Both the position numbers and the translations under genes were made by a program. Below are positions 10,177 through 20,372 of a stretch of 64,000 nucleotides of DNA, one piece after another (the stretch's first letter is position 1; the number at the start of each line of letters is the position of its first letter). Source of the DNA: Ktedonobacterales bacterium (GTDB lineage: Bacteria; Chloroflexota; Ktedonobacteria; Ktedonobacterales; JADMIN01); NCBI GenBank assembly GCA_035763125.1, contig DASUBU010000298.1, forward strand, positions 447 to 64,446, read 5' to 3'. The notes beneath the pieces are model-generated. The model saw only the letters and a list, made by a program, of their open reading frames with translations, did not search any database and was not told the DNA's origin.

Positions 10177-11151
10177 ATGCGAGTGTTGGTAACCGGTGGG
10201 GCCGGCTTTATTGGAAGCGTGATCGTCGAGGAGCTGATCGAGGCCGGGCATACGCCAGTGGTCTACGACTCACTAGCGAAGGGGCGGCGCGCGGCCCTGG
10301 CGCCGGAGGTGGCGCTGATCGAGGGCGACGTGCGCGACACGGCGGCCATGCGGCGCGCACTTGACGAACATGCCATCGAGGCGGTCATCCACATGGCGGG
10401 CCTGATCGAGGTCGGCCTCTCGGTCACGCACCCTGGCCTGTTCTTCGAGGTCAACGTCGGCGGTACCCTGAGCGTGGTGCGGGCGATGCTTGATGCGGGC
10501 GTGAAGAAGCTCGTCTTTAGCTCGACGGCGGCGGTCTACGGCGATCCCGACCGGCTGCCCATCACCGAGGACGCGCCAGCGGCGCCGACCAATCCGTATG
10601 GCGCGTCGAAGCTGATGGTGGAGCAGATGCTGCACTGGATAGCTCCAGCGCATGGGCTGACCACCACGGCGCTGCGCTACTTCAACGCGGCCGGCGCGAC
10701 CGAGGCCAACGGCGAGCTGCACGAACCCGAGACACATCTGATCCCGCTGGTGCTCGCAGCGGCGGAACAGGGCCGCCCTGTCACGATGTTTGGCACGGAC
10801 TATCCCACCGCGGACGGTACGACCGTGCGCGACTACGTGCATGTGGTGGATCTGGCGCAGGCGCACCTGCGTGCCCTGGGCCGCGAGGAGCCAGGGCTGC
10901 GCGTGTACAACGTGGGCACTGGCGAGGGCTATTCGGTGCGGCAGGTGGTGGAGGCGGTGCGCCAGGTCACGGGCCTGCCCCTGCCAGTGGAGGAGCTGCC
11001 GCGGCGCGCGGGCGATCAGGTGGCGACGGTGGCGAGCAGCGAGCGCATTCGGCGCGAGCTGGGCTGGCAGCCGCGGTACGCAGATCTGCGTGAGATCGTC
11101 GGCAGCGCGTGGAACTGGCGGCGGGCACACCCGCGCGGCTATGAGGGCTAA
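10177..11151 (+). CDS. galE: UDP-glucose 4-epimerase
   Basis: The N-terminus MRVLVTGGAGFIGS is a Rossmann motif, YGASK is the catalytic YxxxK, and DYVHVVDLA is present. The length is about 324 aa. Confidence 0.9.
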   Translation: MRVLVTGGAGFIGSVIVEELIEAGHTPVVYDSLAKGRRAALAPEVALIEGDVRDTAAMRRALDEHAIEAVIHMAGLIEVGLSVTHPGLFFEVNVGGTLSVVRAMLDAGVKKLVFSSTAAVYGDPDRLPITEDAPAAPTNPYGASKLMVEQMLHWIAPAHGLTTTALRYFNAAGATEANGELHEPETHLIPLVLAAAEQGRPVTMFGTDYPTADGTTVRDYVHVVDLAQAHLRALGREEPGLRVYNVGTGEGYSVRQVVEAVRQVTGLPLPVEELPRRAGDQVATVASSERIRRELGWQPRYADLREIVGSAWNWRRAHPRGYEG

Positions 11152-11608
11152 GGGACCAGATCAAGACTCCGGAGGCAACCGAAGCAGCAGTACGCATTGC
11201 CACGTGCGATGTCGTCCAGCAGCAATCCAGCTGACGCGCCTCGCCCTGCCCCTCTGCTAGATGCGGTACGTTGTAGACCAGTGCCGGTCCAAATCGCGGG
11301 CATGAGGGAGTGCGGTTAGCTAGCTGAAGGGAGGCGGCACATGTCGACGATCGCAATCGGGAGATCGCGGAGCGGGCGCAGGAGTTGGAGGCGCGCCGCG
11401 CGGCCGGCAAGGTGCGGGGACCATTGCGGACGGCGCTGCTGGTCGCTGGCATCACGCTGATCATCTTCGCGTTGGTGATCGCGTACTGGCTGCTGGTGGT
11501 GCGATAGTGCCATAGCCGCTTGTGAAGACGCGCACAGCAGACATGGCCGGGGAGGGTGGGTGCCTTGCCCGGCCGGCCTGTTATTCGTTTGTGGGTGATG
11601 CTGGCGTC

Positions 11609-11896
11609 TTACCGCCGCACGCGCACGCGCTCGAAGCAGTCGCTGCAATAGACAGGCTTGTCGTTGCGCGGCAGGAAGGGGACCTGATCCTCTTTGCCAC
11701 ACTCCGCGCAGACGATAGTGTGCATCTCGCGCGGGCCGCGGTCGGCGCCCATCGTCTGGCGGCGGCGCTGGCGGCAGTTCGGGCAGCGTCCAGGCTCGTT
11801 GAGTAGGCCTTTCTGCTGATAGAACTCCTGCTCGCCTGCGCTGAAGACGAACATCTCGCCACACTCACGACACTGCAGGTTCTTGTCCTCGTACAT
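11609..11896 (-). CDS. Small zinc-ribbon protein (two CxxC..CxxC modules)
   Basis: The 95-aa product is MYEDKNLQCRECGEMFVFSAGEQEFYQQKG..CPNCR..CAECG..CSDCF. It is the only credible part of the 561-aa track ORF 11609..13294. Confidence 0.75.
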   Translation of the reverse strand: MYEDKNLQCRECGEMFVFSAGEQEFYQQKGLLNEPGRCPNCRQRRRQTMGADRGPREMHTIVCAECGKEDQVPFLPRNDKPVYCSDCFERVRVRR

Positions 11897-12193
11897 GTGT
11901 CTTGCAGGACCTCCACTTCGCGATGGCATTCGGCCTGGTCCGCCGCGCTTTGATTGCCAAGTTCGCGCCGTACCCGACGAGCAGCTCGGCACGCCTCCCT
12001 GGGAATACATCCCCTGGGAACCCGGTGGAAACCGAGCAAAGGATACATGAATAGCGTGCGATTGGCAATCCCTCGCCACGAAACCTGTTCCCAGCGCTGT
12101 GCGAGGCCGTGCGGAAAGCGATACAATGAGGGGCACGTCACGACAGAATTCCTGATGCGCGGCGAGCGTGTGAGGGCAGGAGGAACGCGGATA

Positions 12194-13453
12194 GTGCAGG
12201 CAGCGGAGACGAACGAGCGCGACGAGCGGGACACCGCGGTGGTGGCTGCGGCGAATGATCTGCCAGTCGGGCAGGCGCTGAGCTTCGAGGTGATCGCGCG
12301 AGACGAGACGACAGGCGCGCGGGCGGGTCTCCTGCGGACGCCGCATGGCGCGGTGCGGACGCCGGTCTTCATGCCGGTGGGCACGCACGCGACGGTCAAG
12401 GCGGTTGGTCCGGACGACCTGGATGCCATCGGCGCGCAGATCGTGCTCTCGAACACCTATCATCTGCTGCTGCGCCCCGGTCCTGACCTGGTGGCTGAGT
12501 TCGGCGGATTGCACGGCTTCATGCGCTGGCCGCGGCCGATCCTGACCGATAGCGGCGGCTTTCAGGTCTTCAGCCTGGGCAATCTGCGGGAGGTGAACGA
12601 GCAGGGTGTGCGATTCCGCTCGCATCTGGACGGCGCCGAGCTGCTGATGACGCCGGAGAGTGTGATGCAGGTGGAGGCCAAGCTCGGCGCCGACATCATC
12701 CTGCCGCTCGATGTGTGCCCGCCGTATCCCTGCCCGCCGGAGGAGGCGCGGGCGGCCACTGAGCGCACACACCGCTGGGCTGAGCGCGCACTGGCGGCGA
12801 AGGTGCGCGCCGATCAGGCGCTCTTTGGCATTCCGCAGGGTGGGATGGATGCCGAACAGCGAGCGGCGAGCGCGCGCACGATTGGTGCGCTGCCCTTCGA
12901 CGGATTCTCGATCGGCGGGCTCTCGGTCGGCGAGCCCAAAGATCTGATGTGGCGCATGCTGGAGGCGGCAGTGCCAGAGTTGCCGGATGCCAGGCCGCGG
13001 CACCTGCTGGGCGTCGGCTCGCCGGACGATCTGCTGGAGGGTGTCGCGCGCGGAGTGGACATGTTCGATTGCGTGCTGCCCACACGAACGGCGCGCACCG
13101 GTGGACTCTACACGCCTGCGGGGCGCGTCAACGTGCGCGCGGCGCGCTGGCGAGCCGAGCGCGGGCCGGTGGATCCCACCTGTGATTGCTACACGTGCCG
13201 CACATTCAGCGCGGGCTATTTGCACCACCTGATCCGCGCGGAGGAGGATGAGAGCCGAGGTGAGCTGCTCTATTACCGGCTGGCCAGCATCCACAATCTG
13301 CGCTTCCTGATCCGGCTGATGGAGGGCGCGCGGCAGGCGATCATCGAGGGCAGCTTCCCGGCATACCGCGCACGCTTTATGGAAGGCTTCACGCCACCTG
13401 ACCGCGAGGTCGCCGAGCAGCAGCGGCGCAAGCGGGCTGGGAAGACGCAGTAG
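12194..13453 (+). CDS. tgt: tRNA-guanine transglycosylase (queuine tRNA-ribosyltransferase)
   Basis: Motifs are TPVFMPVGT, LTDSGGFQV, LFGIPQGG and the zinc motif CDCYTC. GTG 12194 sits 9 nt after AGGAGGA. ATG 12155 is an alternative start. Confidence 0.9.
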   Translation: MQAAETNERDERDTAVVAAANDLPVGQALSFEVIARDETTGARAGLLRTPHGAVRTPVFMPVGTHATVKAVGPDDLDAIGAQIVLSNTYHLLLRPGPDLVAEFGGLHGFMRWPRPILTDSGGFQVFSLGNLREVNEQGVRFRSHLDGAELLMTPESVMQVEAKLGADIILPLDVCPPYPCPPEEARAATERTHRWAERALAAKVRADQALFGIPQGGMDAEQRAASARTIGALPFDGFSIGGLSVGEPKDLMWRMLEAAVPELPDARPRHLLGVGSPDDLLEGVARGVDMFDCVLPTRTARTGGLYTPAGRVNVRAARWRAERGPVDPTCDCYTCRTFSAGYLHHLIRAEEDESRGELLYYRLASIHNLRFLIRLMEGARQAIIEGSFPAYRARFMEGFTPPDREVAEQQRRKRAGKTQ

Positions 13454-13590
13454 CCTGCGCGTCGGACCTCGGGCCGCACATCATGCCTGCGCTGGCCGTC
13501 GAGGCTGGTCTGTCGTGCTACACTGGCGGCGTTACCAGGCAGCGTAGTGGCGGCTGGCAGGGCGTGATGGTCCACGCGGGAGAATTGGTG

Positions 13591-15207
13591 ATGGATGCGA
13601 TGGCAGCGAGCGGCGCGAAAGTGGGGACGGCGGCGAGCGAGTTGACCCGGCGCGGCGCGGCGGAGCTGGCGGAGATGATCGCGCGTGGCGAGGTCTCGGC
13701 GGCTGAGGTGGTCGAGGCGCACATCACGCGGATCGAAGCGGTCAACCCGGCGCTTAACGCGGTGGTGGTCAAGCGCTACGACGAGGCGCGGGCGGAGGCG
13801 CGGACTGCCGACCTGCGGCGAGTGCGTGGTGAGCTGGCGGGGCCGCTGCACGGCGTGCCAGTGACGATCAAGGAAGCGTTCGACGTGGTGGGGACGCCCG
13901 CGACGTTTGGGCTGCGCTCGCGGGCGAGCCGGCTGGCCGAGCGCGACGACCTCTACGTGGCACGGCTGCGAGCGGCGGGAGCCATCGTGCTGGGCAAGAC
14001 CAACGTGCCGCAGGTGCTTTTCTACAACGAGACCGATAGCCCGGTCTATGGCCGCACGAACAATCCCTGGAATCTCGCGCGCACGCCTGGCGGCAGCAGC
14101 GGCGGAGAGGCGGCGATCATCGCGGTGGGTGGCTCGCCGCTCGGGCTAGGATCTGATATCGCCGGGAGCCTGCGCCTGCCCGCTGCGTACTGCGGGATTT
14201 GCAGTCTGCGGCCGACGGCCGGACGGCTGCCGGATTTCGCTGACTTCGGCATGTCGCACGGGCAGGCGGCGATTCTCTCGCAGGCGGGGCCGATGGCGCG
14301 CAGCGTGCGCGACGTGGCGCAGGCGCTTCGTGTGCTCAACGGCAGCAGTGGCGGCGGAGGCGCGCAACGAGTGGGCGAGCTGCCGCGCCCGCTGGGAAAC
14401 CCTGACGATGTGGATCTCGCGGGCCTGCGGGTGGCCTACTTCGCGGATGACGGCACACTGACGCCGGCACCCGGCGTCCGCCGGGCGGTGACGGAGGCGG
14501 CGGGGATGCTGGCCGGACGAGGCGCGCAGGTGGTCGAGTGGCGCCCACCGGACCCAGAGCGGGTAGCACACCTGGTGCTCGGCATCTTCGCCGCGGACGG
14601 CGCGCGCCGCATCAAGCGCTTCATCGGGCGCGACCCGAAGGATCCGCGCATTGCCCAACTGTTGCTGCTGGCGGGGCTGCCGCGGCCAGTGCTGGGCCTG
14701 CTGAGCGTGCTGCTGGCGGCCACAGGCCAGCGCGGCCAGCGCGAGATGGTGCGTGCTTTCGGCCGGCACGACACGCTGCACTATTGGGAGCTAGTGGAGG
14801 CGCAGCAAGCCTACCAGCGGGAGTTCGCGCGCGCGCTGGCGGAAGACGAGGGCGGCCCATTTGACGTGATCGTCTGCCCGGCGCACGCGCTGCCGGCGCT
14901 GCCACATGGCGCGTCGAAGCAGATCGTGACCGGCGGCACCTACGCGATTCTGGTCAACCTGCTCGGCTATCCAGCCGGGATCGTGCCGGTGACGCGCGTG
15001 CGGCCAGGCGAGGAGACAGAGCGTAAGAGCTCGGCTGATGTGGTGCTGCGCGCGGCACGCAGGGCTGAACGCGGGACGGCTGGGCTGCCGGTAGGCGTGC
15101 AGGTGATCGCGCGGCCCTGGCGCGAGCATGTCGCGCTGGCGGCGCTGGCGGCCATCGAGGCGGGAGCGCGCGCGAGCGGCGAGCATCCAGGCATGCCGGA
15201 GCTGTAG
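13591..15207 (+). CDS. Amidase-signature family amidase
   Basis: It has the GGSSGGEAA signature and the upstream element KTNVPQ. The start is uncertain between ATG 13591 and 13567. Confidence 0.85.
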   Translation: MDAMAASGAKVGTAASELTRRGAAELAEMIARGEVSAAEVVEAHITRIEAVNPALNAVVVKRYDEARAEARTADLRRVRGELAGPLHGVPVTIKEAFDVVGTPATFGLRSRASRLAERDDLYVARLRAAGAIVLGKTNVPQVLFYNETDSPVYGRTNNPWNLARTPGGSSGGEAAIIAVGGSPLGLGSDIAGSLRLPAAYCGICSLRPTAGRLPDFADFGMSHGQAAILSQAGPMARSVRDVAQALRVLNGSSGGGGAQRVGELPRPLGNPDDVDLAGLRVAYFADDGTLTPAPGVRRAVTEAAGMLAGRGAQVVEWRPPDPERVAHLVLGIFAADGARRIKRFIGRDPKDPRIAQLLLLAGLPRPVLGLLSVLLAATGQRGQREMVRAFGRHDTLHYWELVEAQQAYQREFARALAEDEGGPFDVIVCPAHALPALPHGASKQIVTGGTYAILVNLLGYPAGIVPVTRVRPGEETERKSSADVVLRAARRAERGTAGLPVGVQVIARPWREHVALAALAAIEAGARASGEHPGMPEL

Positions 15208-15210
15208 AGA

Positions 15211-15238
15211 GGCGCGCGGCTACTGCCACCCGCGCGCC
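15211..15238. terminator. GC-rich hairpin between convergent genes (candidate bidirectional terminator)
   Basis: The arms ggcgcgcgg and ccgcgcgcc form a 9-bp stem with a 10-nt loop. There is no U-tract. Confidence 0.25.
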
Positions 15239-15342
15239 GCGCGGCGCGGCGCCCAAAAGGCCGGCAGCGACAGCCGCCGGCAAGGTACATCAGGCTGCTC
15301 CCGCATTTCTGTACCTGGAAGTCAGCGCTCACGTATTCGGCT

Positions 15343-16242
15343 TCAGTCAGCCGTGGCGCGTCTGCCGTCGAGGACCACCGGATCGAGCTGGCGAAGGCGC
15401 TCGGGGTCGGCGACCAGGTCGATCGCCACGATCTTGTCGTGTGTCACGGTGAACACGAAAGCGACACGCGTTTGCCCGCCTGGCGCCCATACGGCTCCCA
15501 CGGCTCCGCTCATGCGCGCCACGCGTGCGCCCCGGACTCCCGCGAACCGCCTGGCCATGTCTTGCGCGCCTCGGACCCCGTTCCATGCGCCCAGGGCCAG
15601 GGCCGTGTCGTCTGCGCGGAGCACGACCTCTGGATCGAGCAGCGCGAGCAGCGCCTCGAAGTCACCGCTGCGCGACGCGGCGAGGAAGGCGTTGACCACG
15701 TTGCGCTGGCTGGTGAGATCCGCGTCAAGGTCCGCTGCCGCTCGCTGCCCGCGTACCCGGCGGCGTGCACGGCTCGCGAGCTGCCGCGCCGCAGTCGGCG
15801 AGCGCCCTACGATGGGTGCGATCTCGTCGAAGGGCACGTCGAACAGGTCGTGCAGCACGAACGCGAGGCGCTCGGCTGGGTTCAGCGTGTCAAGGACCAC
15901 GAGCAGCGCGAGACCAACCGCGTCGGCCATGAGTGCTTCTTGCTCGGGATCTATCTCGCCTTCACGGGTTGTGATTGGCTCTGACAACTGTTGCGCATCC
16001 AGTGGCTTCTCACGCCGCGACTCGCGCGAGCGGAGCATGTCGAGGCAGACCCGTGCGACAACTGTCGTCAGCCATCCACCGAGGTTCGCGACATCGCTGG
16101 TGTCGGCGCGGCTGAGGTGCAGCCAGGCTTCCTGGACGGCATCGTCCGCCTCGCTCGCGGAGCCGAGCATGCGATAGGCCACCGCGCGCAGATGTGCCCG
16201 GCGCTCTTCGAATTGTTGGGCAAGCGGATCGTGTTGGCTCAT
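15343..16242 (-). CDS. ECF sigma factor with a C-terminal SnoaL-like extension (SigJ/ECF41-like)
   Basis: AVQEAWLHLSR is region 2. The C-terminal 110 aa or so read AFLAASRSGDFEALLALLDPEVVLRAD. No anti-sigma gene lies adjacent. Confidence 0.85.
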   Translation of the reverse strand: MSQHDPLAQQFEERRAHLRAVAYRMLGSASEADDAVQEAWLHLSRADTSDVANLGGWLTTVVARVCLDMLRSRESRREKPLDAQQLSEPITTREGEIDPEQEALMADAVGLALLVVLDTLNPAERLAFVLHDLFDVPFDEIAPIVGRSPTAARQLASRARRRVRGQRAAADLDADLTSQRNVVNAFLAASRSGDFEALLALLDPEVVLRADDTALALGAWNGVRGAQDMARRFAGVRGARVARMSGAVGAVWAPGGQTRVAFVFTVTHDKIVAIDLVADPERLRQLDPVVLDGRRATAD

Positions 16243-16349
16243 CGGTCACATTCCTTCTTCGCGGTCCGTCATAGCTGTGACGAGCGAAACCCGGCCGATG
16301 TGACCGGCAGAGCGCGTCAAGAATACCGCGGCAACCAGAGGGTACCGAC

Positions 16350-16742
16350 ATGAAGATCAAGCTGACGAGTGTGTACGTGGACGACCAGGACAAGGCCTTG
16401 CGTTATTATACGGAGGTGCTGGGTTTTGTGAAGAAAGCCGACGTTACGCAAGGCCCATATCGCTGGCTGACCGTCGCCTCGGCAGAGGAGCCGGACGGCA
16501 CCGAGCTGCAGCTGGCGCTGAACGACAACCCGGCGGCCAAGGGCTACCAACAGGCGATGTTCGAGCAGGGCCAGCCCGCGGCGATGTTCCTCACCGCCGA
16601 TGTGACAGCCGACTACGAGCGCATCCAGGCTCGCGGAGCCAAGTTCACGATGCCGCCAACCAAGGTCACCGGCTCGACCATCGCCATGCTGGACGACACC
16701 TGCGGCAACCGCATTCAGCTCACCCAGTTGGAACGCTATTAA
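16350..16742 (+). CDS. VOC (glyoxalase/bleomycin-resistance) family protein
   Basis: It is 130 aa, with the N-terminus MKIKLTSVYVDDQDKALRYYTEVLGF and the C-terminal element DTCGNRIQL. Confidence 0.8.
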   Translation: MKIKLTSVYVDDQDKALRYYTEVLGFVKKADVTQGPYRWLTVASAEEPDGTELQLALNDNPAAKGYQQAMFEQGQPAAMFLTADVTADYERIQARGAKFTMPPTKVTGSTIAMLDDTCGNRIQLTQLERY

Positions 16743-16858
16743 GGGCCACCCTTCAGTAGGATGACAGCCCAGTGGGCGCCTGTGGCCGCAGCTTGAACGG
16801 CGGTGTACGGCGGCGCTCATGGCTTTCATGCGGCTAAGAAAGTAACGGAGAATGCTCC

Positions 16859-17317
16859 ATGTCAGCAGGCGACAAGAACGCGACGAACAAGCCCGCGAAG
16901 GCGAGCAAGAGATTCACGGACGAGGAACGAGCCGCGATGAGGGAGCGCGCCCAAGAGCAGAAGGCACGCCCAGGAGCGGACAAGGCGGACGGGGAAAGCG
17001 CCGTGCTCGCGAAGATTGCCGAGATGCCGGCGCCGGATCGCGCCATGGCTGAGCGGCTGCACGCGATTATCACGACCAGCGCGCCAGCCCTCGCGCCGAG
17101 AACCTGGTACGGGATGCCCGCGTATGCTAAGGACGGTAAGGTCGTCTGTTTCTTCCAACCCGCGTCCAAGTTCAAGACGCGGTACGCGACGTTCGGCTTC
17201 AACGACAGCGCGCACCTCGACGACGGCGCCATGTGGCCGACCGCCTTCGCGCTGACGGCGCTGGCCACTTCCGACGAGGAAAGGATCGCCGCGCTCGTAA
17301 AGCAGGCGGCGAGCTGA
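16859..17317 (+). CDS. DUF1801/YdhG-like domain protein
   Basis: A Lys/Glu-rich N-terminus is followed by [32 protein letters not shown]. Confidence 0.65.
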   Translation: MSAGDKNATNKPAKASKRFTDEERAAMRERAQEQKARPGADKADGESAVLAKIAEMPAPDRAMAERLHAIITTSAPALAPRTWYGMPAYAKDGKVVCFFQPASKFKTRYATFGFNDSAHLDDGAMWPTAFALTALATSDEERIAALVKQAAS

Positions 17318-17414
17318 GGGCGCGCCGTCTGGCCTGGGTTGAAGGTCGCGACGGGCGACGGCCACTGATGGGTATCGCTTACTTTCTCTTGCAGGCGGGG
17401 CTTCTATAGACCGA

Positions 17415-18128
17415 TCACGTGTTCGGCTTGAGCCAGTCATAGGAGCGCCCGGCGTCGAAGATCGTGGATGCCGGCGCGTGCGCAGCATCGGCGGCGACCG
17501 CTAGCTGGGGGGAGCTCTCGGAGGGAGTGACGGGAAGCGCGGGCAGCACGAGATCGCCCACGTTGGTGCCGTTGAGCGGCAGCGCCTGCTCCCAGCGCTC
17601 GTCCTCCTGCGCGGGCCGCGCGTCGTTGTCGTCGCCGGCATCTACCTCATCCTCTGCGTCGGTAGGTTGCGCGCTGTCGTTTGGTTCTGCCTGGTGATCG
17701 GGCGGCCATGCATCTGGAGAGGTGTCGTCGGTCTCCTCGACGGTCTCCGCGCCGTCAGCCAGCTCGGCGTGGGGCCAGGTGAAATCAGCGGGCAGCGGCG
17801 CCCACACCAGCAGCTCGCCATTCGGGCCGTGGTAGATCTGGGGCCTGCGCTCGGCGGGAACGCGTGCTGCAATCGCCACAGCACAGCGCCCTTCGGCGTG
17901 GATCACCTCGAGCAGCTCGAAGACCGATCGAATGCGCAGCACGGGCGCGGCTTCGGCCGGTTGCGCGTAGAGATCGCGCAGCTCGCGCAGCTCCGCCCCC
18001 ACGACGATCAGCCGCAGGCCGGGCGCGACCCCGTGGCTCGTGCCGCGATTGACGAGTACCCACCCATCCTCGTTGACATGGATCACGTGCGCGGGCCAGA
18101 TTGGAGCTGTGTCTGCCGTCGAAGTCAT
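17415..18128 (-). CDS. Hypothetical protein with an acidic, low-complexity C-terminal half
   Basis: The frame is coding-like over 237 aa. The N-terminal 120 aa or so look globular, followed by an Asp/Glu/Pro-rich segment (ETVEETDDTSPDAWPPDHQAEPNDSAQPTDAEDEVDAGDDND). I recognise no family. Confidence 0.6.
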   Translation of the reverse strand: MTSTADTAPIWPAHVIHVNEDGWVLVNRGTSHGVAPGLRLIVVGAELRELRDLYAQPAEAAPVLRIRSVFELLEVIHAEGRCAVAIAARVPAERRPQIYHGPNGELLVWAPLPADFTWPHAELADGAETVEETDDTSPDAWPPDHQAEPNDSAQPTDAEDEVDAGDDNDARPAQEDERWEQALPLNGTNVGDLVLPALPVTPSESSPQLAVAADAAHAPASTIFDAGRSYDWLKPNT

Positions 18129-18289
18129 CGGTCGGGTTCCTCCCTGCGCCGTCCAAAGTAGTCGCGAGCCAGCGTTCGCAACGGCTCAGTCCAGCCGCAG
18201 TATAGCGGCTGGCGGCTCGCTCGGCAACGGGGCCGCATCGCGGGTGAGGATCGCGGCAGGGAGAGGCGAGGGGCGTGCGCCCCGCTCGC

Positions 18290-18706
18290 CTATGGCTCGC
18301 GCTGTGCCCTCGGCAGAAATCGCTCGATGAGCGCCTCGACATCCGTGAGGTCAAACGGCTTCGGCAGCACAGCATCGGCGCCCAGTGAATCCATGTACTG
18401 CGTGCCCGCCGCCGACATCAGCACGATGGCCGCTGGGCGATAGCCGCCGACCGCCGCGTCGGCGCGCAGCGCAGCCATAAGCTCCGCCCCGGTCATCTGG
18501 GGCATCATGAGGTCGGTGATGATGAGCGCGGGGTGATAGGTCAGCGCAAGCTCGAGCGCCTGCCGACCATGCGCCGCCACCAGCGGCAGGCCGCCGCACT
18601 CCTCGACAATGTAGGCCAGCGCCTGCGCGATAGGCTCGTCGTCATCGGCAATCAAGACCACGCCGGAGCTACCGACCGGACTGCCTGACTCACTATCATC
18701 CTGCAT
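18290..18706 (-). CDS. Stand-alone response-regulator receiver (CheY-like)
   Basis: The acidic pocket is IADDDEP, the phospho-acceptor context is IITDLMMPQMTG, and the conserved Lys sits in VLPKPF. The start overlaps the KaiC-like stop by 11 nt. Confidence 0.9.
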   Translation of the reverse strand: MQDDSESGSPVGSSGVVLIADDDEPIAQALAYIVEECGGLPLVAAHGRQALELALTYHPALIITDLMMPQMTGAELMAALRADAAVGGYRPAAIVLMSAAGTQYMDSLGADAVLPKPFDLTDVEALIERFLPRAQREP

Positions 18707-20372
18707 CGTCGGTGCTCCCGGGTCTCAACGGTGGCTGGGAAGGCTTCGGTTGCGCCGGCCTGTTCCGGCTGTGCCGCGGCTCTTCGCCTGACTGAAGGTG
18801 CCCTGCGTGCTGTTGTTGGCGCTCGGTGATGCCGGCGAGCACATCGTGCTCGCTCATGCCAGGCTCCAAGACTTCCAACCCGGCCGGGCTGGTGATGCGA
18901 AACTCCCGCAGGGTGGTGTCGTGGCCGGAGAAGCGCAGCTTGAGTACCGCCAGGATACGGTGTAGTTCTCCCGCGTACGGCACCTGTTGCAGCAGAATCA
19001 CATTCTCAGCGAGCACCGAGAGCGGATCAGCGGAGAAGTCCAGGGTTGCCGCGATGGCCTTGTCGGTCTCCTTGAGCATCAGTGCCGTCACTCCCCGCTC
19101 CCGTAGCGCAATGAGCAGGGCTGCCAGGTAGTCCTCAAGACGCTGCGGATCAGGGCTGCGTAGAATGGCTCGCTCCAGCTCGGCGACGCTGTCAATGACC
19201 AGACGGCGCGCCCCTGTGTGGTCGAGCAGGTGCAGCAGCCGGTCGGCCAGAATGTCGGCATTGACCTTGATCGGCGGGACTTCCAGGAATGTGAGGCTCC
19301 CTCCTGGCCGAAGCGCCTTCTCCAGCGCAGGGCCAATCTCGAATGCAGAGGCCGCCAGCCGAAGCTGGCGCTGGCTCTCGCGGAAGCCCAGATATGCCAC
19401 TGCCTCTCCGTTGCGCACGCCAGCCAATGCGAAATAGAGTGACATCAGTGTCTTGCCGGTCCCCAGGCTACCGACAAGCAGTGTGCAGGTCGCGCGTGGG
19501 ATGCCTCCCGCGAGCATGGTATCCAGCTCTGGCAGGCCGAACGCTGCCCGCGCCGGCCCAGGGTCCAGCGCTGATTCTGACTGGGCGCCCCCGGGCGCCG
19601 CACCCTGCGTCTGCGCTTCGCTGCCCAGCACATCCGCCGCGATGCGCTCCTCGAGCTGTGGATACACGCTTACACCGTCCGCGCTCAATGTCATCGCGTG
19701 GAGACCAGGCAGTGGCGCCGATGTACGTGCCTTGATCACTTCGATGCCGCGATGCTGCCGAACGCCGAACAGTTGATACTGCATGCCCAGGATCACGTCA
19801 GCGGTGGTGGCCTCAGGGAAGAAGGTGGGGTCGCGCGGATCGGTTTCGGCAGTGATGAGCAGTGTGGCGCCGAGTGCGCTGAGCGTTGTGCCAACGGTGA
19901 AGAGAAATTGGCGAGCGGCTCGGGCACTACCGGTCAAGCTGTCCAGACCGCGGAACCCATCGAGTACCACCACTGCGGCCTTGACCCGCCGAGCCTCGGA
20001 GAGGATCGCGTCGGCGGCAGTTTCCAGGCCCTCAGCAAGGGAGCTCTGCAAGCTCAAGAACTGAACCACTCCGCCGATCAGACTGGGCTCGAAGTAGCTG
20101 AATGCCCGCAGGTGGGCGATCAGCTTGCTGGTTGACTCTGAGAACGCCGTCAGGATGAGCACGCGCTTGCCGGCGCGTGCGGCGGTAAACGCGATCTGGC
20201 CCGCCAGCGTCGTCTTGCCGCTGCCAGGCACGCCCAGCACGAGCACCAGCGAACCGCGGGGCAGGCCACCGCCCAGGATGCGATCCAGATGCGGCACCCC
20301 TGTGAGATCACGCGGCTCCGGTGCCGCGGGGCTGCCACCGCGGGGGTCGCCTGAGTTGTCGGTCGCTCCCAT
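18696..20372 (-). CDS. KaiC-like double RecA-fold ATPase
   Basis: There are two P-loops (GVPGSGKTTLAGQ and GSLGTGKTLMSLY) and two Walker B-like strands (VVVLDGF and RLVIDSV). Each half begins with G(V/L)P.LD..LGGG(L/I)PRG. Confidence 0.85.
   Translation of the reverse strand: MGATDNSGDPRGGSPAAPEPRDLTGVPHLDRILGGGLPRGSLVLVLGVPGSGKTTLAGQIAFTAARAGKRVLILTAFSESTSKLIAHLRAFSYFEPSLIGGVVQFLSLQSSLAEGLETAADAILSEARRVKAAVVVLDGFRGLDSLTGSARAARQFLFTVGTTLSALGATLLITAETDPRDPTFFPEATTADVILGMQYQLFGVRQHRGIEVIKARTSAPLPGLHAMTLSADGVSVYPQLEERIAADVLGSEAQTQGAAPGGAQSESALDPGPARAAFGLPELDTMLAGGIPRATCTLLVGSLGTGKTLMSLYFALAGVRNGEAVAYLGFRESQRQLRLAASAFEIGPALEKALRPGGSLTFLEVPPIKVNADILADRLLHLLDHTGARRLVIDSVAELERAILRSPDPQRLEDYLAALLIALRERGVTALMLKETDKAIAATLDFSADPLSVLAENVILLQQVPYAGELHRILAVLKLRFSGHDTTLREFRITSPAGLEVLEPGMSEHDVLAGITERQQQHAGHLQSGEEPRHSRNRPAQPKPSQPPLRPGSTDDAG

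Noticed and set aside
11385-11507. A possible 31-40-aa single-TM micro-ORF (..VRGPLRTALLVAGITLIIFALVIAYWLLVVR) between galE and the zinc-ribbon gene
   Set aside because: The hydrophobic segment is suggestive. However, only weak start options exist (TTG 11385 or GTG 11412), there is no clear Shine-Dalgarno sequence, and it is too short to evaluate without homologues or expression data.
11609-13294. A 561-aa minus-strand ORF that spans the tgt region
   Set aside because: It is antisense to a clearly recognisable tgt gene and has Arg/Ala/His-rich composition with no motifs. Only its last 95 codons (11609..11896, the zinc-ribbon protein) look real.
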